Both the position numbers and the translations under genes were made by a program. The notes below the pieces were generated by a model. That model was not told where the DNA came from and did not search any database. It worked only from the letters and a program-made list of their open reading frames with translations. A stretch of 64,000 nucleotides of DNA from Squalus acanthias (lineage: Eukaryota): positions 94,614,001 through 94,678,000 of the forward strand of contig CM059432.1 in assembly GCA_030390025.1 (NCBI GenBank). Reading direction: 5' to 3'. Positions 1 to 10,822 of this stretch are shown here, in pieces. The stretch's first letter is position 1. Each line of letters opens with the position of its first letter.

Positions 1-451
1 AGATTCTTTCCTTCATCACTTGGGCCATAATCTGGCAGAGAGGATCGCCCGCTGTTTACAGAACCTGTCTGAATTTTCATTCCATTTATTTCAATGATTT
101 CAGGCGGGTTTTATAAAGGCAAGCCAATTAATTTAGGTTATAACCAAAAGTGGATTGATCCTTAATATTACAAACCATTTCAAGTAAAAAAAGATTAAAT
201 TTCCGATTACTAGGCCTTGCCTGATGGTTGCAGAATGTTCTGTCAGCTAAGTACTTAGCACACCAAAAAAAAACAGCAGTTACAACCATCAGCTACAGAG
301 TTTGTACCTACGACCAGCACTTTTAATATTTATGTCTAGATGTGTCATAAAGATGCCAAAAGTTAAGTAACAAACCAGAATGAACTGTATGTAACATACT
401 ACTAGCAGGAAAATAACAATGCAATATGTTCAAATAAAAAATATTGAATAC

Positions 452-566
452 CCTGTTTAGAGAGCTTGGAATCTGGGTCAGACAGTCGACTGTTTTTGAA
501 GCTACTGTGGTTAGTCAGCACTGCAGACATTTTTATCTTCATTTTTCCATCACCTTGCACTTCCTC
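452..566 (-). CDS. L3MBTL4: L3MBTL-family gene, coding exon 5 (EEVQGDGKMKIKMSAVLTNHSSFKNSRLSDPDSKLSKQG)
   Basis: Not in the ORF track; translated by hand. Acceptor gtgctgcag|GAG, 38 open codons plus 1 nt, donor CAGG|GTATTC. Ends SKLSKQG, like L3MBTL3 SAVLKQG just before the first MBT repeat. Confidence 0.65.
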
Positions 567-2826
567 CTGCAGCACAATCAAGTTAATAATGTTCCAGTCG
601 TGAAATGCAGCTCAAAAGCAAGTGTCAGAGTCTGTCTTTTTAAAAGTTGCATTTTGCACCTTGTCTGAAAACATCACATGACATGCCTTCAGTTTCTGCG
701 GCTGCATAAAGTAAGCCCTTCTACACTAGATCAAAAATTATTAACACCCTGGGTACGCCAGATGTATTTACAATTTGCACCACATTAATGTGTTTTTGTT
801 ACCGCATAATAACTTATTTTGTTCCAAATTAAAATGACCCACTAGGGCTTTTGATTTTAATAATACTGTTCTGCCAATCATTTTAATATGCCAAGATTAC
901 ATTTTCCTACCAACTGCTAATGTTGCATTAAATAAATTGATTATGTGCAGAAATATCTCATGCAACATTAAGCATGAAGATTTTCAAAGCAATAAAGCTC
1001 AAATAAATGAGAAAAATGTGGTCAGTCTGAAGCCTGTTAATTCTTTACCAAAGCTCTCAGGAATCTGAGCTGCATAATTCTCGCTGTAGTTCAGAGTAAT
1101 CATTTCCCATCACTGAGGATTAGGTTTAACCTAAAATTGATCACTGCAAGCACCTGTACAGTTCTCACATTTGACTGACATTAAACCTGATTTTTTAAAA
1201 CCCTTTCTGTTGATATTGTATATATATTACCAGTGTAGATCTACTTTTCTTCACTGAAGTATTTCTTTTTTCTGGGTTCTTTGTTTCGATTAAATTGTAT
1301 ACCACAAATAACATTCCATTCTTCAAGTTTATATTGCTGCAATTATTTATCTCTTAAGCATCATAAACATTTAATACAGTACTCCACTACAGTATTTTTG
1401 CTTCTCGCATGCATAGATAACATAAATTCAGTAATTTTGGAGGATAACAGGTCTGAGCATCTCTGTATCTCTTTTAGTTACTCCAGGTTTGCTGATTTCT
1501 CATCATTTTTGGTGCAGTATTTGATACAGCAGCCAGGGCTCTCATCCTGCCTTTCCCTGTGCTCAGCGCACCCACTGCATCATTGCTCTCCTCTTCTACC
1601 AGGCACCAACGCAATGCCACCCACCCGCAAAGGATGGCTTAGTGTTAGTGAGGGCAGAGCATAAGTTGGGGTACATAGCACAAGTGGTGAAGAGAGTGAT
1701 AAGGTTGCTGATGAGCAGTCAGGTATAGCTGTCCTGTGGGACAGAAGATGCCTGCCTTTGGTTGAGGAGCCATGCAACCTGGATCTCAGAGGTCCAGCTT
1801 TTAAAAGAGTGCTGACAAAACAGCTAAACAACGTTCAGGCTTTCAATGAGGAGTCCAGGCGTGTATGGCAGATGGTGGCTCAGATGGCGGAGTCCACTAC
1901 CTGCATCTGCATGTCTGCACAGGTCTGCAGCCCAGCATGGTGTGCGTGGCAGCTTCAGTATGAAGTGCACCAGAGGAATCTTGTCACCATGTCGCTGGGA
2001 AGTTTCAGGTGGCTAAACCTGCTGGCCTTGATCTCCCTCTGTAAGACGTACATAGCAAGCCATGATGATTTGGGAAACCTTTGCAAGGCTATCCTACACA
2101 GTGGAACTAATAAATAATAATAAATCTAACTGTGTTTGTCACTTTGCAGAGACAAAAAAAGTGAAACATTTACTCTGTGTTTATTTAAAATTAATGCTCC
2201 CACTTATATCCTCTTTCTTTCAAAGCAAAAGCACCATTCAGATTAATGATCTGCGCGGATTACCAATATTCAGATTAGCTGTGTTCTGCTGTAGCTGTAT
2301 GAAAGAAAATGCAATTACAAGAATACCATTAGATTCAAAGCAACGATGGTGGGCAAACTCAGAGCAATGTGGGTTCTCAGCAGTAAGAGGCTGTAGTGTT
2401 ACTGTAGTGTTGTATAATCAATGTAGTCTTTGGTTCTCATTTGTCTCAAGAGCACAGTTTAACAATCACTTAATACTGAGTTTGTGTACTTGGCCTATAA
2501 ATGATGCTTACACTGCAGTTACCAATCTCAGATGGGAAATGAAATATCAGTTCCAGCCAAGCATTAGTGTTTGCACCATCTGGCTAAAAGGGTAGATTTT
2601 CTGTTTCATTTCACCTTATTACTCAGTTCCCAGGTGCAGTGAAGAAGAAATTGGAAGGGATGGGGGAGAGATCCATTACATCAGGCCTCTGCCCCCACTT
2701 TGCTGCCCTGGGATCTTTGGGGATCCCAAAATGGTTGAGACTGGGCCTGCATCAGCATCAGCAGTAGGCACAGAATCAGCTCAGGATGCAGATGAGATGG
2801 GAGGGGGTGCTTCTGGCTCTTCCATC

Positions 2827-3853
2827 TTACTTCTGTATGAGTGCACCGACGGGTCTCCAATCAAAAGGGTTTTGAGACCACCTGGCTGCTACGGATTGGG
2901 CTGTGAACAGATTTACACTACAAATTGTGTCGGCGTGCCATCTGAACAACAACTCAGCCGGGAAAGAACTCAACGTTTCCTTCTGCGGAAGGCGACTTAC
3001 CCATGAATCCCACCCAAAATACCTGGACGTCACCCTGGACAGGACGCTCACCTATTGGCCTCATCTCACCAACACCAGCCAAAAAGTAAAAACCAGAATG
3101 AACCTGGTCCGGAAACTCGCTAGAACGTCATGGGGGAGCACAGGCAGAACACTTCATACCGCAACAGTGGCCCTCGTCTACTCTGCTGCGGAATACTGCT
3201 CTGCCTCATGGTCCTGCAGCTGCCACACAAGGATCGTGGACATGCGGCTAAATGCCGCCCTGAGGATGGTGTCAAGGCGCTCAAATCCACTCCAACTGAG
3301 TGGCTCCCGGTGCTGTCCCGCATTGCCCCGCCTGCCATTCACCACGACGCCACCGTGCTGAGTGAGATCGAAAAAAATCATGAGCAACATCGACCTTTCC
3401 ATTCAAGAAGACTTGAAAAACCCACCATGAAAATCATGCCAGCCATTCCGGGAAAAGCAGCCAATATTCACGCAGCTGGTATCGATGCACTATCCAGATG
3501 GACAGAATCATGGGACGCATGCAACATAAAGAACCAACACCTCATCAGTGACCCAACAGCAGAGGTCCCTGGCTTCGATCTCACTCAAAAACAGTGGACA
3601 GCGCTCAACCGAATCCGCACAGGGCATGGACAATGCAGCTACCTGCTCCACAAGTGGAAGATGTGGGACGACCCAAAGTGCGACTGTGGCAATGAGCCCC
3701 AGACCATGGAACACATCACATCGACCTACCCACTAAGATCTGTTGCAGGAGGCACCTCACTTCTCCACTCGGCATCTCCGGAGGCCATCGAATGGAGAGC
3801 CAAACTAGACATCCCATTATAAGCTTTTCCCGTCATACGAAACAACAACAACT
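2827..3853 (+). mobile_element. Vingi/Ingi-group non-LTR retrotransposon, 3' part, frameshifted
   Basis: ORFs 2903-3361 and 3130-3822 give PKYLDVTLDRTLTY, ALVYSAAEYC, WLPVLSRIAPP and LNRIRTGHG...CDCG..QTMEHI with no RNase H in between; 3' end CATACGA followed by a (AAC)n tail. The 5' boundary is approximate. Confidence 0.75.
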
Positions 3854-3995
3854 ACAGATTTAGCGCCAGTGAATAAAATTGTCAAGTAAACACAACATGT
3901 GATGCAGACAACTGCAAAATGAAATCTTCAGGCTTGATTAAATCTCACTTATTAAAAATATGTAACAAGGTAAATATCTACAAACATCAACAAAC

Positions 3996-4128
3996 CATGT
4001 AGCCATCTTCAAAATCTTCATCAGAGTCTTCCTTTGGGTTCACACTCACTTTCCTCTTTCGCTTTTTGATACGTTTCAGTATTGTTCCAGCATTTCGCTT
4101 CACAGGTGCAAGGTCCACAATGGGTTTT
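3996..4128 (-). CDS. L3MBTL4: L3MBTL-family gene, coding exon 4 (KPIVDL...LKRIKKRKRK...EDGYM), basic NLS-like patch
   Basis: Acceptor ctccgacag|A (an alternative in-frame acceptor would extend the exon to 4140), donor ATG|GTTTGT; phase 2 to 0. Resembles L3MBTL1 LLKPMKKRKRR and L3MBTL4 RKRKLNMDSKE. Confidence 0.75.
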
Positions 4129-6420
4129 CTGTCGGAGAATCTTACAGTGAAATATGACTTAGATATCCAAGCTCCAACAGTATCACACACAAATTTAAGT
4201 ATTTCACTGAGGTTATTTAATTTAATACTGTCAACTTTGATCTTTGATGTATCAAAATAGCCTCATGTTCTCTTTTATAAGGACGCCACTGAAAGCAAAA
4301 AAAAGATAAATATGCTATGGAAAAATTAAGCAGGAAAAAGTTGCGCCCCAGATTCGTAGGTTGTCAAGTGCTGCATTAACATGCAACATACATATATATA
4401 AGATTTCAAGCTGTGCTTTTTCTTCAGTTTCTAAACAAAATGCAGGGTCATATGTCTGACAGTGAAATCTGGATATTAGTTCACTCATGAGAAATAGCTG
4501 GGTTAGTATTGTGCTTTATGTAGTCTTAGAGTGTGAAATAAATTAAAACTAAATCAAAATATCCCCTTTCTAATCTACAATGTCTTGAACTGTTAATAAC
4601 TACTATGATTATAATATGGTGTAATGTCTTCTAATGGAAATTACTGGGTACTCTGCATTGAGGCACTCTGTGAGCATTCTTCAAGGAAAAGGAGATGCCT
4701 CATCTGCATGGGATCGTCAGGCCACTGCAGGCGCAGGCCCAGCTTCATGCCATCCCTGGAATGCCCCGGAAATCCTGCAGAATGTAAATGTGAAAACCTG
4801 AAGGAATCTGGTAAGAGAGCAGCACTATTGTGCCAAAAAGTAGGTGGCGTAACAGAGCAAACAAGTGTGGGTATTAAAAGCAATGGTGTGGGAATAAGAG
4901 GGTGCTGGATAAACTGTGAGGCTTCTCTTTTTTTTCTAGGGAACTTGGGAATTTACCCTAATTAGTCTCCCAACACCTCAAATTTAAAATTCTCATCTTG
5001 TGTTTAAATTTATTCATGTCCTTGCCCCTCCCTATTTCTGTAATCTTCTCCAGCCCCACAACCCCCACTCCCAAACACTCCATTCCTTTGACTTTGGTAA
5101 CAAAAATGTATGTCACAGTCAGAAGGCAGAAGAGTGTGGAGATTATCCTTAAAGGAAGTTCATCCTTGAGGTGCCACTAGACAGGATTCCAGCCGCCGCC
5201 CCCCCCTACCCCCCGCCCCCACCCCTAAAATTTGATTGTGTGAAGCGAGTAAGAGGAGTTAAATAACTGTGAGAGTTTAGTGCTAGTGGGAATTAAAGCT
5301 AACACAGGACCTCGGTTTAACATTTCATCCGAAAGATGGCATCTCCAAGAGTACCATACTGGAGTGTCAATGAGATTATCTGTTTAAGTCTCTGGAGTGA
5401 GGTTTGAACCCAAAAATCTTCTCACGTGGAAATGAGAGTGCCACCGTTGAGCCAAGGCTGGCACCATGGGAGTGGAGTAGCAGCCAATATAACACGCTTG
5501 TTCAAGAAGAGAGAAGGATAAACCAGGTAACTATTGACCAGTTAGTCTAATGTCAGTTCTGGGCAAACTTTTAGAATCCACATTTCATGTTAAAATTAGT
5601 GAGCCTTTAGAAATGCATGGATTAACCAAGGACAGCCAGCATGCTATCCTTGCTGTTTGCCAAACCCACAACTTTAGTGTTGTCAGCAAATTTCAACAGT
5701 ATGTTCCCTATATCCAAATCATCTATATAAACACCAAGAACAAAAGTGGACTCAGCACTGACTCCAGTGTGCAATCCTTCTCTATTCCAAACAACACCCA
5801 TGTACTCTAACTCTTGTTTCCTGTCCATTAACCACCTTTCTATCCATATTGCTAAGTTTTATCAAACAGGTTCTGAAAATTCTTATACACCACATCTACT
5901 GCATTCCCATTATCTATCTGCTGCATTCAGCCCGTGCAGCTTCTCATAGAATCATAGAAGTTTACGGCACAGAAGGAGGCCATTCGGCCCATTGTGTCTG
6001 TGCCAGCCGAAAAAGAGCTATCCAGCCTAGTTCCACTTTCCAGCTCTTGGTCATTAGCCCTGTAGGTTATGACACTTCAAGTGCATATCCAAGTACTTTT
6101 TAAATGCAATGAGGGTTTCTGCCTCTACCACCCTTTCAGGCAGTGAGTTCCAGACTCCCACCACACTCTGGGTGAATAAAGTTCTTCTCAACTCCCCTCT
6201 AATCCTTTACCAATTACTTTAAATCTATGCCCCTGGTTATGCCTCCTTCTCTGCTTCCTATTCACTCTACCTAGGCCCCTCATACTTTTATACACCTCAA
6301 TTGAGTCGCCCCCTCAGCCTCCTCTGTTCCAAAGAAAACAACCCCAGCCTATCCAATCTTTCCTCATAGCTAAAATTTTCCAGTCCTGGCAACATTCTTG
6401 TAAATCTCCTCTGTACCCTC

Positions 6421-6536
6421 GCGTTTCCCACATTACAACAGTGACTCCACTTCAAAAGTACTTCATTGGCTGTAAAACGCTTTGAGACGTCCAGTGGTTG
6501 TGAAAGGCGCTATATAAATGCAAGTCTTTCTTTCTT
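6421..6536 (+). mobile_element. DeuSINE (SacSINE1/AmnSINE1-like) 3' fragment
   Basis: CATTACAACAGTGACT...CTTCAAAAGTACTTCATTGGCTGTAAA...GAAAGGCGCTATATAAATGCAAG(TCTT)n, a sequence repeated many times in the window. Confidence 0.75.
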
Positions 6537-6733
6537 TACTTTCTCTAGTGCAATCACATCTTTCCTGTTTGTATGCAGTACTCTAGCTGTGGCCTAACTA
6601 GTATTTTATACAGTTCAAGTATAACCTCCCTGCTCTTATATTCTATGATGCGGAGATGCCGGTGTTGGACTGGGGTGGACAAAACTGAGAGGTCGCACAA
6701 CACCAGGTTATAGTCCAACAGTTTTATTTGAAA

Positions 6734-6775
6734 TCACAAGCTTTCGGAGCTATCGATTGCCCCTTCCTCAGGTGA
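6734..6775 (-). ncRNA. Minimal type I hammerhead ribozyme motif (mirror copy, sense to the host pre-mRNA)
   Basis: Exact reverse complement of 6873-6914. Confidence 0.7.
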
Positions 6776-6872
6776 AGTAAATAGATACAGAATCGCCAAA
6801 GCATATATAGATAGAGAACACATGCTTTGTTCTCTATCTATATATGCTTTGGCGATTCTGTATCTATTTACT

Positions 6873-6914
6873 TCACCTGAGGAAGGGGCAATCGATAGCT
6901 CCGAAAGCTTGTGA
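6873..6914 (+). ncRNA. Minimal type I hammerhead ribozyme motif
   Basis: UCAC-CUGAGGA-A-GGGGC(aaucgaua)GCUCC-GAA-AGCU-U-GUGA: stem I UCAC/GUGA, conserved core, stem II, palindromic stem III. Confidence 0.7.
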
Positions 6915-7692
6915 TTTCAAATAAAACTGTTGGACTATAACCTGGTGTTGTGCGACCTCTCAATCTTATATTCTATGCCTTGGCTAATAAAGGAAATGAC
7001 TCTGTAGGCCTTCTTAAGCCTCTCCCTCCAAATGACAGATGTGGCAGAAAGTGGGCAAGACAAGGCAGCCACTGCAGCATCGGATGTGGTGCAATAGTTG
7101 CACAGCCATCTCACTAACCAACACAAATAGGCAGAGGGCCACCTGACCCAGGAAACTCCCACAGAGACTCAGCAGCCAGCCACTTCACAGTGTTTAGGCC
7201 GTTTTTCCAGGGTTTCTGTGGCTCTTCTGCCAAGGTTACGGCAGACGAGCGGAAAAATCCTGAGGAGATTCACCCCCACCGATCGCACAGGCACTGAGCA
7301 CTTATAGCACAACAAATTGGGTCTGATTTATCACAAGCCCAGATTGAAAATCATGCGAAGTATATGGAATTCTGCACCTGAATTTTCAATACCTGCTCTC
7401 ATCACACAAAGCTCTGCACCAGAAGCTCTAATTCACTTCAATATTCAAAGCGTGGTCGCTCCAATTCTTCACAGTCTCACTATTACTCACTCAGAATTGT
7501 ATTCTATGGACCTAATTATACACTTTAATGTTCTATTTGGCTTTAAACTGCCATTATACAGTGTGGTGACAGCTTTCATGTTTAAGATTCTGTTCCCAAG
7601 TAACAGGCCTACATCCAATAAAAACAGAAAGATCTTTATTTTAGCATTAGATTTTGCTGAGTCTCTCGAAGTAGCTTTTCACTCCTACTTAC

Positions 7693-7843
7693 TTATCTTT
7701 GTATAGCTGCTGACAGTTTGTGCCACAGAAACGGCCATTTTGATTGAACTCTGCCATTGTCCCATACCTTCCACAGTTTTCACAGCAGCAGATGCCTTCC
7801 ATGTGGGACAAGTCATTTGTGCAACCATCTTCAGTAATGCCTT
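7693..7843 (-). CDS. L3MBTL4: L3MBTL-family gene, coding exon 3 with an FCS-type zinc finger (CENCGRYG...RFCGTNC)
   Basis: Acceptor cacaacag|AAG, donor GATAA|GTAAGT; 151 nt, phase 1 to 2, in frame with exon 2. The Cys pattern resembles L3MBTL3 CENCCQYG...YCSQNC...KDK. Confidence 0.85.
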
Positions 7844-8371
7844 CTGTTGTGACACACAATAAGAAAACAATCAGCAAACCAATATACAATAGGCTCAGGC
7901 TCACTTTATTACTGCACCAATACCTTCACCCTCATCACTCATCATTACCAAGCTCCTCATGCGCCAGTGAATTAACTTTAAGATCTTTGTCCTCCATGGC
8001 CTTGTCCCACCTTACTTCATGGCCTTGTCCCACCTTACTTCAGTGATCTCCTGAAGCTGTATGTCCCTCCATGCGCCCACCTATCCTCTGACACTTGCCC
8101 ACGCTTTGTTCCTCACTCCCTTCACTCCGCCATCAGTGGCTGCTCCTTTGGTCACTACACCCCACCCATGGAACTCTTTTTCAGCATGGTTACCCTTCAA
8201 AAGCCTCCTTAAGACCTTACTCCTTCATTTTTCCACCCAACCCTTATTCGCCCCTTTCTCCTCCTGCTTAGTGTTTACTGTCTGTCTATTGCTCTGTAAA
8301 GCATTTTCTCTCTGAACACTAAGAATGAAGTAAAAACACACTTTTTTCATTCATACAGTTGTAAAATAGAT

Positions 8372-8595
8372 GTCCTTGCCAACATCTATCCCTCAGCCAA
8401 CATCACTAAAACAGATTATCTGGTCATTTATCTCATTGCTATTTGTGAATCTTTGTTGTGCACAAATTAGCTGCCACGTTTCCCTACATTACAACAATGA
8501 TAACACTTCAAAAGTAATTCATTGCCTGTGAAGTGCTTTGGGATAACCTAAGGTCGCGAAAGGTGCTATATAAATGTAAGTTCTTTCTTTCTTTG
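8372..8595 (+). mobile_element. DeuSINE 3' half
   Basis: CACTAAAACAGATTATCTGGTCATT...CCTACATTACAACA...GCTATATAAATGTAAG(TTCT)n. Confidence 0.7.
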
Positions 8596-9980
8596 TTCAG
8601 ACTTACTTATTATTTCCCAGAGCCTCTGTTTATCCTCCTACTATCACCAAGTTTTTAAACCCAGCTTGGCATCAACTAGATGCACAACTTAATCCATAAC
8701 ATTTTTGAAGGAATTGTGATCCTGTTTTATTTTGATGCTGTGTTGCTACTCTAAGCTTAAAAAGGTTAGATTTAGAAATGTATGTAATTCCCTAACCCAC
8801 AAGTAAAGGAGTATTTCAAACACCTTCCTTTGGAATACTTAATTAAATCCTGTATATTTTTTCTTATCTAAGAATTTATTCCTCTGTACCATTCATTTAG
8901 AAATAAATCTTTATTTATATTAGAGAGATGGCCTAGATTAAGAATGCTCCATGACTGCTGTCTATGAGAATCTTTGATTGCCCACAAAGAGAAAACAATC
9001 AGAGGAAGCACTTTGTTTCCCTTGCTTCTTTTTATGTGTCTTTTCCCTCTTTACTGTTATGCACTATTCCTCACCAAAACATAGTGCCATTAGCAGAAGT
9101 ATGTGACCATGAGACACACAATCCTATTCCAGGCAATCCTACCTCCATTTTTTCTTCCTTCCTGTGAGAAGTACCTACTCCTGACGTCACAGACTAGACT
9201 TGAAACTTGCTGTGTGAAGCCCTTAAGCAGAGATCTATTTTATGCACTGTCCTTTTCCCACTAGCCTTGGAGATTGAATCCAGCCCAGACTGGTGGGAAT
9301 CAAGATTCCTTTGTTGAACCGCAAGATCCTACATGAAACATGTTTGGCTAATCTCAACCCATTTATCGGGGATGTTAATTCACATCAAAAATTGCCCGCA
9401 TTTCCAGCACTAAGCTTGGCATAAGCCTGGCTGGTGTAGGATATGGAATAATTCACACTGGTGATGTAGGAGACTGGGGAGAGAATTTTACTGTGCATCT
9501 GGCCATGGTAAACTGACCTGACAGTGCTTGACGTCAACACTGTGCATCAAAAGTAGGAAAATGTATCATTTTCCAGCACTGGCAACCTTTTTGGGTGCGT
9601 ATCCAAGATATACAAGATGGCTGCTGCTAGGCTGGCAGTTCCATAAAAAGCTGTTCATTGTGCACCTCTATCCATGGGAATCTGCTGCCATCCTTTGCCC
9701 TTTCTCTCCCAAATCTCCTCGCTTCCACTGTTCAAGTTCCCCATGCTCCATTAGTTGGTGCATTTTAGCCCTGATTCCAAGTTAACTCCAAGTTAACTGC
9801 TATTTTAAATCGCCATTACCCATCCCCCACCCCTCTGCTCTCTGCTTCTCTCACTGAGCTGCTTAATTCACTTCTCAAATTTGGTTTCAGAATTCCTGGA
9901 CTTCTCTGGACATCAAGACTACGGGCTGGATTTTGAATGACCCGTGGAGTCGGGTTTGGAGTCGGGGGGGGGGGGGGGGG

Positions 9981-10822
9981 TTAAGTGACTGGGCAATAAG
10001 GCGGCAGATGAAGTATAATGTGAGGACATGTGAGGTTATTCACTTTGGTATGAAGAATAGGAAAACAGAATAATTTTTAAATGGCGAAAAACTATTAAAT
10101 GTTCAGAGAGATTTAGGTATCCTCGTACAGGAAACACAGAAAGTTAGCACGCAGGTACAGCAAGCAGTTAGGAAGGCAAATGGCATGTTGGCCTTTATTG
10201 CAAGGGGGTTGGAGTACAAGAGTAAGGAAGTCTAACTATAATTGTTCAGGACTTTGGTGAGACCACACCTGGAGTACTGTACACAGTTTTGGTTTCTTTA
10301 TCTGAGAAAGGACATATATGCCATAGAGGCGTTGCAACGAAGGTTGATCACTAGATTGATCCCTGGTATAAGAGGATTGTCCTATGAGGAGAGATTAGTA
10401 GATTGGGCATATACTCTCTGGAGTTTAGAAGAATGAGAGGTAATCTCATTGAAACATATAAGATTCTGAGGGGGATTGACAGGGTAGATGCTGAGAGGTT
10501 GTTTCCCCTGGCTGGAGCGTCTAGAACTAGGGGGCATAGTCTCAGGATAAGGGGTTGGCCATTTAAGACTGAGATGAGGAGGAATTTCTTCACTCAGAGG
10601 GTTGTGAATCTTTGGAATTCTCTACCCCAAAGTGCTGTGAATGCTGAGTCGTTGAGTATATTCAAGGCTGAGATAGATAGAATTTTGGACTCTAGTGGAA
10701 TCAAGGGATGTGGAGATCGGGCGGGAAAGTGGAATTGAGGTTGAAGATCAGCCAGGATCTTATTGAATGACGGAGCAGGCTCGAAGGGCCGTGTGGCCTA
10801 CTCCTGCTCCTAATTCTTATGT
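9981..10822 (+). mobile_element. CR1 LINE 3' fragment
   Basis: LVRPHLEYC, LEFRRMRGNLIETYKI, RTRGH, FFTQRVVNLWNSLP; 3' UTR ending CCTACTCCTGCTCCTAATTCTTATG. Confidence 0.9.

Larger units (their letters stand above)
6648..6963. mobile_element. Penelope-like element terminal-repeat insertion in inverted (hairpin) arrangement
   Basis: 135-bp inverted arms 6686-6820 and 6828-6962 around a 7-nt loop; 14-bp direct repeat TCTTATATTCTATG at 6634-6647 and 6964-6977; contains an AATAAA and a hammerhead core. Confidence 0.8.
5945..7020 (-). mobile_element. CR1-type LINE 3' fragment, interrupted by a DeuSINE fragment and a Penelope-like hairpin
   Basis: (CATAGAAT)-type tail and GGCCATTCGGCCC 3' UTR motif on +; RT C-terminal remnants on -. 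Confidence 0.8.

Noticed and set aside
570..676. Alternative exon starting at the ttttcag acceptor near 665 (minus strand)
   Set aside because: The required phase-0 frame hits a stop; the acceptor at 567 gives an open, homologous exon.
1600..2090. GC-richer stretch with short ORFs, possibly a Harbinger accessory-gene remnant
   Set aside because: Too degenerate to support a call by eye.
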